Source of the DNA: Bilabrum cf. latius | Lineage: Eukaryota | Direction of reading: 5' to 3' | Length of the DNA: 64,000 nt | NCBI GenBank assembly: GCA_965178125.1 | Contig: OZ237738.1 | Span: 1,116,001 to 1,180,000 of the forward strand | In this document: positions 24,155-37,900 of the stretch, one piece after another | Layout: every line of letters starts with the position of its first letter | Position numbering within the stretch: position 1 is the stretch's first letter | Made by a program: the position numbers and the translations under genes | Notes under the pieces: model-generated | The model's input: the letters and a program-made list of their open reading frames with translations, nothing else | Database searches by the model: none | What the model was told of the DNA's origin: nothing

Positions 24155-26266
24155 ATGTCCTCGACGCTATCGTCTACACTGCGAGAAGATGTGGTCTGCA
24201 CAAGCAATGGAGAGATTCGCTCGGCTGCCGCCAATGGGAATGCGGCGAACTGGTGCGCAGTGCTTGCAGCTCGCCGAACTGCTCGAAGCACATGCTTCTT
24301 CCAGCCGACAGTAGACGAGAGTAAAATACTACAGTCTTGGCTGCGAGAGAATCTTGCCGCGAAACCATGGTCTATCTTGGTTGAGGAAGTGACCGGCAGG
24401 TCAATGCCTGACAGGTTGGGCGCCTCAGCATCAGGTCAGGTGCCTGCACAACCGACTAGAATTGGAGTGTACCCGTATTCCTCAGAGACTGATTCAAGGG
24501 TATGGAAACTAAGTATGCCTCAAAGCGCGGTCAATTGTGACTGCTCGCTTCCTACGAAGCCAGGACCGGCAGGTGATTGGGATTCGATGTGCTCGACTGC
24601 CGCCCCAGCTGATGGTGAATCTGCAAGCTAGCGCGGCAGAGGAGGCGGTGTCGCGCCTTTAGCAACACAAAAATCACATAATGTTGCCTCGTGTCCTGTT
24701 TCGGGGACGTGGCGAGCAGGAATGTCGAGCAACTGCGCGATTACTCCACACCGAGATCCTCCTGGGAACGCGATTGGCGAAGCTGCGGATCCCCTCGACC
24801 CCACCGACAGCGGTTTCGACCGAAGGGAGCGGAATAACGAGCAGAGTGGCAGCGAAAACGATTCTACCGATTCGAGCAGCGGGGGTGGGGGGACAAGAGG
24901 CGCGCGCCGCATTGACTCATCGCAATTGGTAGGGAGCAACTCCACTTCAACACCGCGCGGAGAATCTCCACTCGGGATGGCATCTGGCTCTTCAGCCGCT
25001 TCTGTGTATTACCACGGAGCTGCTAGTAGAGCTTCAAATATAATGGGCTCGGTCTGCGTATCCCATGCGAGGGGCAATTCAACCGGCGGGGCGAGCGAAC
25101 TGGCAGGATGCCAGCGCGCCGCGGGCGGTGCACCTGCTGTGATGAAGGATCTTCGCGGACCTGGCGTTAAGTTCCAGGCCATTGGCGTCACCGGGCAGTG
25201 GTCCGCTGGAAGGTCTGGCGCAGCAGCAGCGGCGGCAGCATCATCAATGGGTGCACCCCCAGCCATCGCTGAGCCGAATGAAGCCTGCTGGCTGCGACTC
25301 AGGCGCACCTGGGCGCATAGGGCTGCAGTGAGGCAGGCCCACGCCTTCGGGCGGTGCATGAGCGACAGCTGCGGGGCTGCTAAATAGCCGGTATTCAAAG
25401 AGGATCGCGAGGCTGTGTAGAGCCGTATGCAGTACATTCGCCTGCCCGACGCGTACACAGCCTCTCGACCCTCCGAGCTCAAGCTGACCATTGGTCGAGC
25501 AAGGTACGGCCATAAGCATGCCGTATTTCAGGCGGGCAAATTGTAGCGCAGAGCAAGAGCCAAAGCGGGACATGCATCATCTGAAAGGCGCCGCCGAGTC
25601 CCTCGCCACTCCCACGGCCATGGGAGCGGCAGGGCGCCGAGTCACGTCCACGCCACGCACGCGCATGCAGGTGCAGGGGGCTGTCCCACTTTGCCCATGT
25701 ATCGCCCGGTGCGGCGGGTCACGTTCATGGAGAGTAATACTGAAGTGCAGGAACATGCATCGGGACCTGCATCGGCCGCGAGCAATGGAAGCTCGCCGGC
25801 TGGCCCGTGCACCCCTGCCACTGTCTCTTCTTCCGCTACCTTTGAAGGCAGCTCACCGATGGAGGGACAGAGTGGCCGGACCAGAAGCTGGAGGTACGGT
25901 CAGGGCCGGCCCGGGGCGACTGATCCATTGTCTGGCTCTGTGTGCTCGCGCAACCGGGGGCTTGTAAAGCCGGCACAGTCGTCGACAGAGCGCACGCGAT
26001 GGACCTCCTCAGGCTCTGTTAGCAGCTCGTCCATACAAGGCGGGGCTGCTCTTAAGGACGTCAAGGAGCGGAGCTCGGAATGGGCCAAGATGGAAACCAA
26101 CGAAGCCACTGTCAAGGGCGGTAAAGACTCCGTAACGGTGTCTCCCCTGTTCATGCTGAACGGCCTATCAGAGGATCAGGTGGCTCTTTTAGAGGGCGGG
26201 ATGCCGCTCATGGAGGAGGTCCTGGGGCTGTCTGGCCTCGTGCTTGTCGTGCTCAAGCAGGGGTGA
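24155..26266 (+). CDS. Hypothetical protein, member 1 of a three-paralog family, about 703 aa
   Basis: In frame through 4 TAGs (24629, 25385, 25418, 25544) to TGA 26264. Blocks STCFFQPTVDESKILQSWL and VTVSPLFML..MEEVLGLSGLVLVVL. Start uncertain (24095 or 24155); possible 5'-UTR intron 23998-24120. Confidence 0.7.
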
Positions 26267-26463
26267 TTTGGATAGGACACCGTATCTAGATTCAATCATA
26301 TGGCTTCATGAAAACTGTCATATACTGCAATGCGGTCTTGTTCACGACAACCCAATTTCGTCTGCAATACAGTGCGCTGCAGTTGACGCATCACCAAACA
26401 GCATGCAGCAAGCAATGCTGCGCATAGGTCCCGGCGCCAAATCATTTCATCTATACTATCACA

Positions 26464-29400
26464 TCACGCCCGCTCCGCGCCCCCGCTAGACACCCTCTTC
26501 CTTCGGAACATCGCCGCTGCGTGCTGCCTCATCTCCTTCGGGTCTGCAGGAGGCAAGCCCACACCCGAGCCAGTGGGGTCTGCCACAGGCACGTGTGGCT
26601 GAGCAGACATCCCCCCTGGGCTAGGCTCCAGGACGGGCTGCGGGTGAACCGACGCAGGCTCGCCGGAGCGCGCGGCAACCGCTCCAATCTATCCGTTGAG
26701 CGGGCCCGCCACCACCTGCTGCACAGGGTCCATCATGGTGACCCTCCCGTTGGGGCTGCGCCCCCCCGCGGCACCCCCGTCATCGTCATCATGCGGCTCT
26801 AGCCTTACGAGCACGATGCCCTTGATGCCCAGGTACCTCTCCATCCGCCTGAGGAACTTGGCGGACTGCAGCAAATCGGCGTGGGGACCCGCCCAGGTGC
26901 GTACCAGGAACATGGGAGAGAGAACGACGTTCCGTGTGGAGGGGTGGGAACCCCCGAGATGCGTGTCGCGGCCCGTCAGCAGCTCAACGGCTTCGTACGA
27001 GAGAAGCATATCGTTGGCTTCCTGGGCGCGAGCCATGCCCGCCAAGCTCCCCGCGGCCACACCAAAGTAGGAAGCGCCCCTGTTCAGGAAACCCTCGTGG
27101 GCGCTCGTGCCCCCGGCCGTGCTGCCCGGTCCGACGCTGGAGGAGCCTGCGTGGCTGAACGTGGGGGCGATCCGGATTTTGTTGTCTGCTCGTGGGCGGC
27201 GGTCACGGGACTCGCTACGGCTGCCCAGAGCCCCGTGCTGCGTCTTCTTCTTCTTGCGGCGGCCGCTCGAAGAGGACGACCTGTGTGGGTGCATCTCCAG
27301 GTCCACTTTGGCCATGGACAGCCGGCGGGAGCTCGTCGTCACACCGTCAGGATCGTCGTCTCTGGAAGCCGCGCCGTCCCCGCCCCACGCCATCATGCGT
27401 CCCATTCGAGTACCAGCACCTCCAACCTCACCGTCTGCATCCCTAGCGCCCACGGCCACGCCGACAGCAGGGGGCGCCGCCCCGTTGCTGCTGTGGTGTG
27501 GGGCCTGGTTTGCGAACGTCTCCCTGACGATGCCATCGACCGACGTCTCTCGGACTTTTCGGGACGTCGCATGGTTCCCTGAATCCGAACGTTCCCTGGG
27601 GCTCATCATTGTGTTCCCTGGGAACCCGCCGGGTACTGCAGTGGCTATGTGACTGCTGGCAGACGGGTGCTGCGGAGTCGATCCGTTCGAGGACGAGTCC
27701 CCCCCCATGCCCGTGTCGGAGCTGTTCAGCTCGTTGCTGGCCGTGTTCATCTTGCTGCTGCTGCTCTCGTCTTCTTCTTCCACGAGGGCAAGCCGAGAGC
27801 TGTTCCCCGAGGCCCCCCCTCCGAGCCCCCCCATCCCGATCCGCTGCCTCCCAACCGCCTCGCTCCCGTTCACGTTCCCACTCGCACCGTTGCCTCCAGT
27901 GACGTCAGCGCCAAGCCCGGGATACCTGCGGCTCGCAGAGGCTGAGGACGTGCTGTGCCCTGACCCTGATCCTGACCCTGACCCGCTCTAGGTAGAGCTG
28001 CTCCTGCTGCTGCTGGCATGAGGCACACCCAGAGAGGAGCTGGCCCCCCTCTTGCCAATGAAGGCCTCCACCGCAACCACTGGCCCAGTAGGGTCGCTGC
28101 TAGCGTGCGGCTACGGCGCGGATAGACCCCCTGGGCCCGATGCATGGAACCTTCGCTCCATCACGGAACCCGAGCCAGAACTGTGGGTCGAGCGGGATCC
28201 TCCTGGGGCCTGACTGCTTGCACCGCCGCTCCCGCTCCCGCTCCCGCTCCCGCTGCCAGGCCCGGGTCGGTCTCCCTGGAATGAAATTGCGGAACCCCTG
28301 GACGAAAGTTCGTCGGCCCCGCCGAACACCTGCCCTACCCTGTCGGTGGTTGGGTGTGACGAGGACCCAGACCGCTCATAGGGTGCCATTACCAAGCCAC
28401 CCCCTTTAAAGCAAGATTTGAGGAACAACGGCTTGTTCCTGCGGCTGCTTCTGCTTGCAGTGATGGTCCCGGTGTAGTCCACATCTCCGCTGCTCATGTC
28501 ACGTCCGCTCGCGATCCCCGGCACCCCGCTCATCCTGCTGTCGCCGGCCTCACCCAGCGAGGCCTCGCCCATCATGTCGGTGGTGACCCGCCCGTCGCTG
28601 CCAATGACTTCATCGCCGTGTTGCCCCGCCGAACGGAACGCAGAGGCCCTCGAATCGTAGCGCCGCTGGCTCCCGGATGCCATCGGCTCTGCTTTGCCGC
28701 TGAGGCTGAACCCAGCCCCGGTCATGTTGCGACCAGAGCCGCCCATCCAGCGGGAGGCGGTCGCATCGTCCGCAATCTGAAAGGTGATCCTTGCGAGTGG
28801 GCCTCGCCCCTCTGATGCGCCGCTCGCCTGGCTCCGCGAAGCGCTAGCCGAGCCGGAGCTGGTTGCAGCCGATCGCGTGTTCGGCGCCGGTCCGACTGGG
28901 CCCGCTCCGCCGCCCATTGCAGAGAGGCGAGAGGGTGTGCTGCTTGCGGTCGAAGAATGAACTACCTCGGCCGGCCGAGGCGAATTTGCACTGCTTCGGG
29001 ATGCCTCGCGAGGGAGCTTGCTTTGAGTCTGCTTGCGGTAACCAACCATGGCGTGCCTTCCACTTGCATCGCTTCCCGCGTCGCCTGCTGCTTGATTACG
29101 AGTCGGATGTACTTTGAACTTCAGCTTGGTCGGAGCCCGGACTTCGCTCCTCCCAGCGAGCAACGGCAGCACCTCGCACAAATGCGAACGGTCCTCTGAC
29201 GGTGTACCTCCTACGTCGCTCCTAGCCACTGAGCCGCTCCGCCCGCCAGCCGTAGCCGATGGGATCCTACATAACTACGAAACCAGCCAATTCTGCACCA
29301 AAGTCGCTTCAGCGGCCCCAGGCGCGAAAAACACTCGCGACGCCAGTACTCTGCTGACGGACAGCACGAAAATAACAGGTTCTTGTGGCCGAGGCGACGC

Positions 29401-29715
29401 ACCAGCCCCTTCATTGATCAAGTCGTACTCTTTGCTTAATCCATACCCCGACGTCATTTCCTGCGATGATGGATAAGTCACGCAATGGGGCTGTTGCAAA
29501 GTATGCAGCGGAATCTGTCCATACAGCACCCATTCCCCCCCAAAGGGTACCACACGATCCGAGCAGTCGCCCCGAATGCATATGCAAACCAATTCATCAA
29601 AAAAAGCTTGCATCAACCGCCTGGAACCCAACAATTCAGCCGCGGCAAAGTAGATGTCACTCACTCCAGACGAATCGTTGGATGCCACCACTTGGGACGA
29701 CACACCACATCCCAT
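26464..29715 (-). CDS. Hypothetical protein with MGCGVS N-acylation motif, member 2 of the three-paralog family
   Basis: ATG 29715; probable phase-0 intron 29461-29664 (GTGAGT..ATCGCAG, stop-free so not proven); 4 TAGs (29275, 28111, 27988, 26689); TGA 26464. Blocks SRVFFAPGAAEATLVQNWL and VVLSPMFLVR..FLRRMERYLGIKGIVLVRLE. Confidence 0.75.
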
Positions 29716-29929
29716 AACTCAAGTTTAAGAACTCAGCATGGAGAAATAGAACTGGGTAGATATGGCAGAGTGGAAGATATCTCCGCTAATTCGTTCGATA
29801 CAACTAGACGGCGGTATCGCAAGATTGGATGGTGCCACTGGCAGTGGCGCCCATTTCAGGTCGCAACTGGTCGCAAAGCAGCACTTCGCTTGAGAGGAAA
29901 TCCAGGCAAGTACAGCAGAGCAGGCAGAA

Positions 29930-32900
29930 TCAATGTAATCCATACAAATCATCATCGTCATCCTCTTCATCGCCAGGAAGACCTCCAGCGGGGCCAGTCC
30001 CCCCGGAAGCAGCCCCTTTTGGGGCCAGCTCATCGAGACCAGCCCCCAGCTCTTCTTCAAACCCCGCCAGCGGGTCTTCTGGGTCCACACCGGCATCAGC
30101 ACCAGCACCACCATGGGGTCCACTGGGCGGCTGTCCACCGTACTGCCCGCCGTGTGCACCACCGTGCGATGCGCCAGCGCTCAGGCTCAGGCTCTCCTCG
30201 GCATCGAACCACGCACCGCCCGACTCCTCCCCTCCAGCGTCCCCAGCATCGTGCAGTGCACCCCTCACCGCCGCACTCGGAGGCTATGACCCGTAACCAC
30301 TGTCCCCTCCACCAGCCCCACGGCCGCCGCCACTAGGCGGCTGGCCACCGTACCCTCCTACAGTCCCTGTACCTCGGCCGCCCTCGCCCTCGCCATCGCC
30401 CTCGTCGAAAGCACCGGCCTCTTCCTCGTCCGGGTACCCTGCCCGCCCGCCCTCTCGCCCCCTGCCAGCCCCAGCCCGAGCAGGCACACCGCTGCCCCGG
30501 TGACCCCCGTCCGTCCCAAATTCATCTTCATCTTCATCTTCCCACCGGGCTCCCGGCGGTGTCATGCGAGGCCTCACCGGTCCAGCCCCGCCCCTGCCAC
30601 CGCCCCTGCCCCTGCCCCCGCCACGTCCCCTGCCATTCCCGCGGCCACGGCCCTCTCTACGACCGTGCCGGGGCGGCTTACCGGCAGACCCACGGCCGTC
30701 ACTCGTCACACCATCGCCCAACGGAGAGCTCCGGCCGGGCGCCCGCCCCCTGTCCGCGCCTCTCTCTCCGCGCAGACCCCTTGGACCCGCGGCTGGGGGC
30801 CCGACCTTCGCAGCGGCAGCGCCTTTGTTCCCTGCGCTGTCCCCGGTCACGGCCGCCTCCACCTCCGCCCACTGCTGCTGCGTTAGCTTAGACCTGTGGT
30901 CGGCAAGCCTCGACATGACGTCATCGGGTCCGTCGATGGCTGCCACCGCGGCCGCCATCTCCCGTGCCAGCTTCCGAAGCTCGCCCTGCTTGTGAGACAG
31001 CGCCCCTTTTGTGAGAGCGTATTCTAGAGCAGACCTGGGGTCCACCTGCCCGCTTGTTCCCTCGGCCTCCACGAGCCGCAGAAGCACCTGCATCCTCGTG
31101 TGCAGGGCCCGCCACCCCGTGGCCTGCTTGGAAGGGATCTGTCCTTGCACTGCGCGCGCGATGGTGCTCGGGCCCAGCCTCTTGTTCCCTGACCCAGCCC
31201 CCTCGTCATCGTCATCCTCAGGACCTCCAGTGCCGCTCCCTGGGCTGATTCCCGCGAGCCGGAGCAGGGCGGCTTTGGCGGCTTCCCTGTTCTTGGCTCC
31301 GTTGTCTCCTAGCTTGTTGGCCAGTTCCTTCAGCATCGGTTCGCATGCCCCAGCCAGCGCACCCGGTCCCATCCCCTGCGTCGCGGCGTCCACCGTCGCA
31401 ACCGCCAGCTGGCATGCGGCCACCACGCAGTTGGGGATACGGTCCTTGCTCACCGTCTCGGCTACGAGCCGGGCGAGGACAGGGGCCATCCGGCTGCGCG
31501 GAACGTCCCACAGCGGGCTCCTCGCCTCACCCGAGGGCGGGTTGTTCCCTGATCCGATCCCGTCGGCATCTGCGGTGGCTTTCTTCAGCGCCGCCTCCCG
31601 CAACTGCCACTTCTTACTCCTCACACACGCCGTCAGCTCCTCCCCGAGCACCTCCAAGAGGTCCGTCGAGGCCTGCCTCACCTTGGCAGGCATGGGCTCG
31701 GGCTCAGGGAGAGCGGAGAAATCGACGCCGGCCGCACCATCAAGGAACGAAGCAATCCCAGGGACAGCACCCGCGCCCTCCTCGCCAGCGCCAGCGCCAG
31801 CCCCAGCCCCACCGGCGGCGTTCGGGTCTTCGGACGCCGCCCGGTCGTAGAATGACGCGTCCTTCCCGCCCTGCCGAATGGCCCTCTCGTCCGCAACCCG
31901 TGGCCGGGTGAACCTTCCCTGCGAACCAGCGCCCGCCGGTGACCCCGTGTGCTCGTCTCTGCCGTCTCGCCGCCCACCGTCCGTGGCAGCTGGACCGCCA
32001 ATGTCGCCTTCCTCACGGAATCGGGATGGTGCGGGCGACTCTGCGGGTCCTCTGTGCGACCCCCGCCCGGGACTCAGTGTGGAACCGGCAGCAGCCGCGC
32101 TGGCGGCCTCTGGAGGGGCGTCCTTTTCCCCCCGCACCGGCTTCTCGTATATGCTGCTGCCTGCTGCCGCCCTTCGGATGGGCCTCTCTTGGTCTTGCTG
32201 GTAGATCCTGCGCCTGCGGGTCTCCTCGTCTTCTTCTTCTTCTTCTTGCCCCCCTCCTTGCCCGTACTCATGGAGGGGGGGCTGCTGTTCCCTCCAGTCA
32301 GACGACTGGCCGGGAAACTGCTGGTCGGCACCAGCGCTGCTGCTGCTGCCACCATAGCCCCCCTCGACATCGCCTCTGTCCGTGGGGCCGGCATCATCAC
32401 CATAAAAGTCTGAGCCGCCACCATCCCTGCCGTAGCCGACAGGTGCTGCCTCCAGCGCCCGACCAACTCGCGGGCCCCTTGATCCGATCCCAGCACCTGA
32501 TCCGATCCCCCCGCCGGCCCTCCAGTCCCTGTCGTGATCCATGGTTCCGGTTTCTTCCATCCCGTAGCCATCATCTCCATGCATCTGCTCGCCAGGTGCA
32601 GCCCTGTAGGGCGCCGTGGCCTCCATCCCTGTCCTGCCGCCTCCCATGGGACGAGGCTCGCCCCTACCTAAACCAGAGCCAGGGCCAGGGCCAGCGTCAG
32701 GACCGTGGCCGCGACCGCTGCTCTCCTCCGCGTCCTCCATCCTGCCACGGACCTCAGACCTGATCCGATCGATCTGAGTCTTGAGCTTGGCAGCCTCGTC
32801 GTAGTCCTCCCGAGCCACCGCGGCGGCCTTTCGCCTCTGCAGCGAGGCGAGCGCGGCACCGGTCACCTGCAGGTCAGCCTGCAGCTGCTTGTACTGCTTC

Positions 32901-34011
32901 GCCCTGACATAGTCCTCTTGTTCCACGGCCCTCCGTTTCCTGTCGAGAATTTCCTCCAGCATGGCTCGGGTTTCCGGGTCTAGCCCCATGGCGTCAGCAA
33001 GCTCCTCGGAGCCGTGCTCGGTCTCGTCTCCTGCTCGCTCCCGAGCACTTGCTCCGGCAGACGCTCGCCTCGAATCTTCGCCGACGCCGTACGTGGGTTC
33101 CTGTGATGAAATCTGGCGCGCGTCTGTCGAAGATACAGGTGCTCGCGCGCCTTGTGCCAGTGCCTGCGTGGCTGATGAGCCTGGCGCAACCTTCTGGCCC
33201 AGGAAATTGACCGCCACGAGCGCAACCTGCCCGAAGAGATTCTTCCCGTTCTGGTGCGGTTTATGCAACAAAAGCCTGATGAAATGGCCCCGAGCGTCGA
33301 TATACACGCTCTTGAGTTCCCTTGCCTGCGAGCAAAGGTGTCGCTTGCGGACGTAGTGGCAGGCAAAGTGTCTACGCTCCCATGGCAATTCATAGCCGCT
33401 TGATTCGGGGTGAGCTCACCCTAAAGTTACTTTCTGTGTTATCACTGAGGCTCATGTATCCAAGTCGTGTCCATTCGGCACTGTAGTAGTCCTTCCCAGT
33501 TCCAACGAATAATTCAACTTTCGTCGGAATCTTGCTTTGGTGAGCGAGAACCTGCGAAACAACCAGGCATTCGTTGGAAATATATGAGTTTCCATCAACT
33601 TGATGAGGGCAAATCTCGCCTTAACGGCACAGCAACGCAAGAGCAGCTCACTTGCAGTTGTGTAACTCTGCATGGAGCATCCTACAACCGGAGCCCAACT
33701 TCTTGCGGATATTCACAAAACCTGCGATGCAGTCGAACGATGGGGCGTGTGAGTCTTGAGTTGAGGTGAACAGCGTGGGCGTACAGTAGAGCACATGTTC
33801 TACTATTGTATGCCTGCTATTCAAACGTTAACGAATGGAAATCTCACCTTGGACTCTACCAGCCCTTCGTCATCGGACTGTGGGCATTAAGTTCAGAAGC
33901 TGGATATGAGGGATCTTCCCCAGAGACAAACACAACGCCAAACTTGAGCTTTTTACTCCTGGGCTTCCCGCCAGCACTCTTGCCCCGCGACAGGCCTCCT
34001 CTCGAAGACAT
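29930..34011 (-). CDS. CEP104: Centrosomal/ciliary-tip protein CEP104 (FAP256), 4 exons
   Basis: Exons 34011-33848, 33721-33652, 33551-33420, 33325-29930. N-terminal domain KGW*SPR|FCEYPQE..VLAHQSKIPTKVE..RLGYMSLSDN..ARELKSVY..NLFGQVALVAVN; coiled coil KRRAVEQEDY; TOG domain (SKKWQLREAAL). TAGs at 33856, 33682, 30284; ends TGA. Confidence 0.93.
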
Positions 34012-34945
34012 GCCTAATCTGACGTGGTGGTGCTAGGCGTGGCGAAACTCGACTGCTGCAAACTCAACTGCCCAACGGATTACCGATGCAAGTCGTGATT
34101 GAGGCGTATCCGCCTGGTTTCGGATGCCACCGTTTATGAGTTCGTTGGGAGGTTCCTTGGGGTTCGTCGTGAGGCCATCCACTTGGGGTGGCGGCAACCC
34201 CCTGAGAACTTGAGCCCATACACGTAGGCCTTTGTACTTGGAAACATGATGACCTTGAGAACATGCTGCGGGGGTATTTTCACGAGCACGCGAGCGTACG
34301 TGCCGCGTCACGCTGGCACGCACCGCCGTGTTTTGCCCCCCACTGCCTCGCCACGTAGGACTGACATGGTTTGCATGAGGCTCGCAGTTGCATGCGTCAA
34401 GTCAAGCCAAGCTATTGCATCGGTCCGGAGTTGCAGTTGCTGAACTGCTGCAGCTTGCCGTTCTGTCAAACGACCCGGGCGCTCGCCTTGCAGTGCTCCC
34501 CTGCCATCCGGATTGCCAGGGCGAGCAGGCGTTAGAGAGCGGGTGCACAAGCCCAGCGCGTGGACATCGCAGAGCCAGAGTATAGAGCTGCTGCTGCAAT
34601 TTGGGGATGTGACTTGAAGGTGTTTCCGCGTTTACGGGTCTACGCACTACGAACATCGGCTGACGGGGCAGTGTGGAGAATCCATCATGATTGCAGTCTT
34701 GCGACCAAGGCAGTCCAGTTTGAGCGACTGCCAGGGGGCTTGGACCGTGGAGCCGAAGTTCCACTGACGACTGATCAATCGCTGCAGCGCAGTATCAATC
34801 GATATATCAAAGGGGTAGACATACATCCACAGCTTTGTCAGTGCGTAATTGAAGCTGTGCATCAATTTTGCGCACAGGACCTGTTGCTTTGGCACCTCAC
34901 TCGACTACAAGTTGAGTACAAAGAATCGTATCCCTGTTCCAAAAA

Positions 34946-37900
34946 ATGGGATGCGGCGCTTCCAATGCAGCTGTAGTGGTAAGACACGATTCAATCGTTA
35001 CCTCCAATTAGCTGCCGTGTACCCGAACACGTAATTTTTACTCTTCAGCGCCCCAATCGATGTTCCACACTACATCAGCGGGAATTCCCATTCACGCAGG
35101 ATGACTTGCACAGCAATGGTACTTCGGAGGTCTCGTAGATACAAATTGATTAGCGTTATCGATCCGATGGCGGTTCATAGCGAGGACATGGCATTTGTTC
35201 GCCTTCATAGCGCGGCCCGTTCACTCCGGCAACCCCGGCTGCCAGCATCTGGGTGCTTGCAACGTACCGAAACGAGTCCTCCAGAGTGTTTTTTGGCCCT
35301 GGTCGAAAAGAAGGTACTGTTGTGCAAACTTGGTTGTGCAAGCAGGCGGCGAGGGTGCTCAAGAGCTTGATTCGGGCTCAAAGAGACTCTGCGAACCTAG
35401 CCGTCCCATGGGACATGATCAAAAGGCTTCGTCGGTCTCTGCCGCGCGTCCTTCCTCTAGCTTCAAAGCACCTTGATGTTGAGTCACCCCCAAAGTTACA
35501 GCTGTACTTGGATCTCGATTAGTTGTCCACCGTTGCAGCTGGGGCAGCACTGGTGCGGGACTAGTCCAGCCAGCGCAAGTCAGAAAGAAAAAGAGGAAAA
35601 GAGATCCGCCGAAGTAGCCTGACGAGACCATCTACTGCGAATCTCCTGGAACTGGCTGAAGCATCCGTGCGTATCGGCTCAGACTCGGCGGAGACCAGGT
35701 ACACGGTTCTTGGCGATGTGTACGAACACCACGCAACACCCGTTATGGCAGGGCAAACGAAAAAGGTCACAAGCAGACATGCATCAAGACATCGCGAAGC
35801 ATCTCAGTCTTTGTTTAAGCCGTCAATCCGGAGTTGTCTCCGCAATAGCAGGGGTCGCAGCCCAGATTCCACTGCGCTGGTCCTGTCAGCAAGCGACGGG
35901 CCACTGGCAGAAGCAGCCCCGGCAAATAGCACCCCACCTATGGCTAAACGCAACAGATTTGCATCGTACCGATCACAGCGAGCTCGGAAGGACGACGGCG
36001 AGGATGCTGGGCAAGTTACTGCTGGGGCCGGTCGCCCGGTAGGTAGTCTGCTCCCGCGCGTGGAAGAGGCAACCGACGAGGAGTAGAGCTCGTCTGCTGT
36101 CGGCATACAAGTGGCAGAGACCCTTCCCGGCGTGCCGCGGCACGCAGGTCCTGGATCCATGGATTCCCTGGGGCAGCGCCACGACGGCCCTCCTCCGCAT
36201 GGCAGCAGGGCCAGGGCAAGGGCCAGCTCGTTGCAAACGGCACCTGCATCAGGGTCTGCATCAGCACCAATGGAATCAAGAGCTACCGGGCCAGAGTCAG
36301 GCAGCTCTGATCGAAGCCGGATGCACGTGCAGCTGGGCGGTCTCAGCGACGACCGGTCTGGCAGCGATGCGAGCAGGTCGATCGGCACTGTGGACGAGAC
36401 GAACGTGGCTCCTGGCACCGTGGCTGGTGCCGTTGAGATCATGCAGAGCGCAGCGTCGGGTTTGCGGGACTACACGCTAGAAGGTGACATCGATGAAGGC
36501 GACTTGATGCCGGCCAGCTTTGCAAATGCACCGCTGGGCGCATCCATGTCACAGTCAGCGAGCGGGGCGCCCGTTGGACCTGGCTTGGCATCTTCTCCGA
36601 CGGCTGCAACGATCGAGAGTGAGGCTGACAGCCACAGCAGAGGCTTTGATTCCGACATACCACAGGCGGCGATCAGACTAGCTGCGGGAGTCCCAAGAGC
36701 AAAGGGTGCTGCGGGCGTCTTGCAGGGCACGAGCAGCAACAGCAACGGCAGCAGCAGCGGCAGTCGCACGAAAGGCACCTCGTCTTCCTCCTCGTCCGGC
36801 AAATCTTTGTCAAGTGCACAAATTGATCCAGCCCCGCAGAAGTGGAAGGAGTAGAAAAAACGGGAGCGCGACAGCCGGAGGAGCCAGCGTGCGATGAAGC
36901 GAAACATCACGATCCGGGGAGATGGACCAAAACCTTTACACCCAGACCCACGGAACTCAGACCTGGCGGGCAGTGATATTGCGAAATCAAGCAGCAAGAC
37001 TAGCGGACAGACCTCAAGCAGCAGCAGCGGCAACAGGCAGCCACCGCAAAGACGGAGCGAGCAGCCAAGAGCACCGCGACGGCAGCGCGTCGATAATAGC
37101 CTCAGGATTCCGAAGTCGTTCAGCGCGAGCAGCTTCGAGGGGAGCAGCGTGATCGATGGCGGGGGCAGCTCAGTGCAGGGCAATGACTCGGCGATCGAAT
37201 TTGCGGGGGCGGGCGAGAGCAGTTCGTTCGCAGAGTCGAGCTTGGGGTGGAAAACATCCGGCAGAGGTGGCAAGAGCCAGAGCTGGGGCAAAGGCAGCAC
37301 GTCCAGCTCTGCCGTGCACGGCATTGTGCTTGCCTAGAGCGGCACCAGCAACAGCAACAGCAACAGCAACACCGTGCCTGGTCCAGGAGGCCAGCGAGCA
37401 CCGCATGGCAAGAGGTACAATGCCAGAGCCGCTCTCGAGAAGCTTCACCCAGCTGAAGTGTTTCTCCCCAGCGGGGATGCCCTCCCTGTCCCTGCGGTAG
37501 ACATTGAAGAAGAGGTTGGATTCATGTACAGCGGAGACGTGGTTGGCATTTCGGACAGCGGCGCAGCGGGCGATGGCCAGAGCCGGCCAGATAGCTCTGC
37601 AACGTCAGCGCGCATACCGGGGATCCGCCAGAAGCGCAAGGTCGTCCTCTCGCCTCTTTTTGTGATCCGCATGCCTGGCGTGATCTGGCCCCAGCTCATG
37701 CGACGGAGCGCCTTCTTGAAAAGGATGAAGAGATTCCTGGGCCTCGCCACCATGGCCATGGTGCGGCTGGAGAAGAGGCATGCGGAGCCGTCCTAGGCCG
37801 AGAGGGCGAGCGGTGATATGCAGACAAGCACCGTATAGAACGCATCGGGCAGCAGGTTTCAAACGGATGCCAGCGTGCAACCGGACGTGAGTCGTTCCGG

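Noticed and set aside
34012-34945. Possible small spliced gene between CEP104 and the MGCGAS gene (ATG 34246, intron to 34387, ORF 34560..34976)
   Set aside because: A frame-compatible intron can be drawn, but there is no recognisable homology and the frame would overlap the next gene start. Left unannotated.
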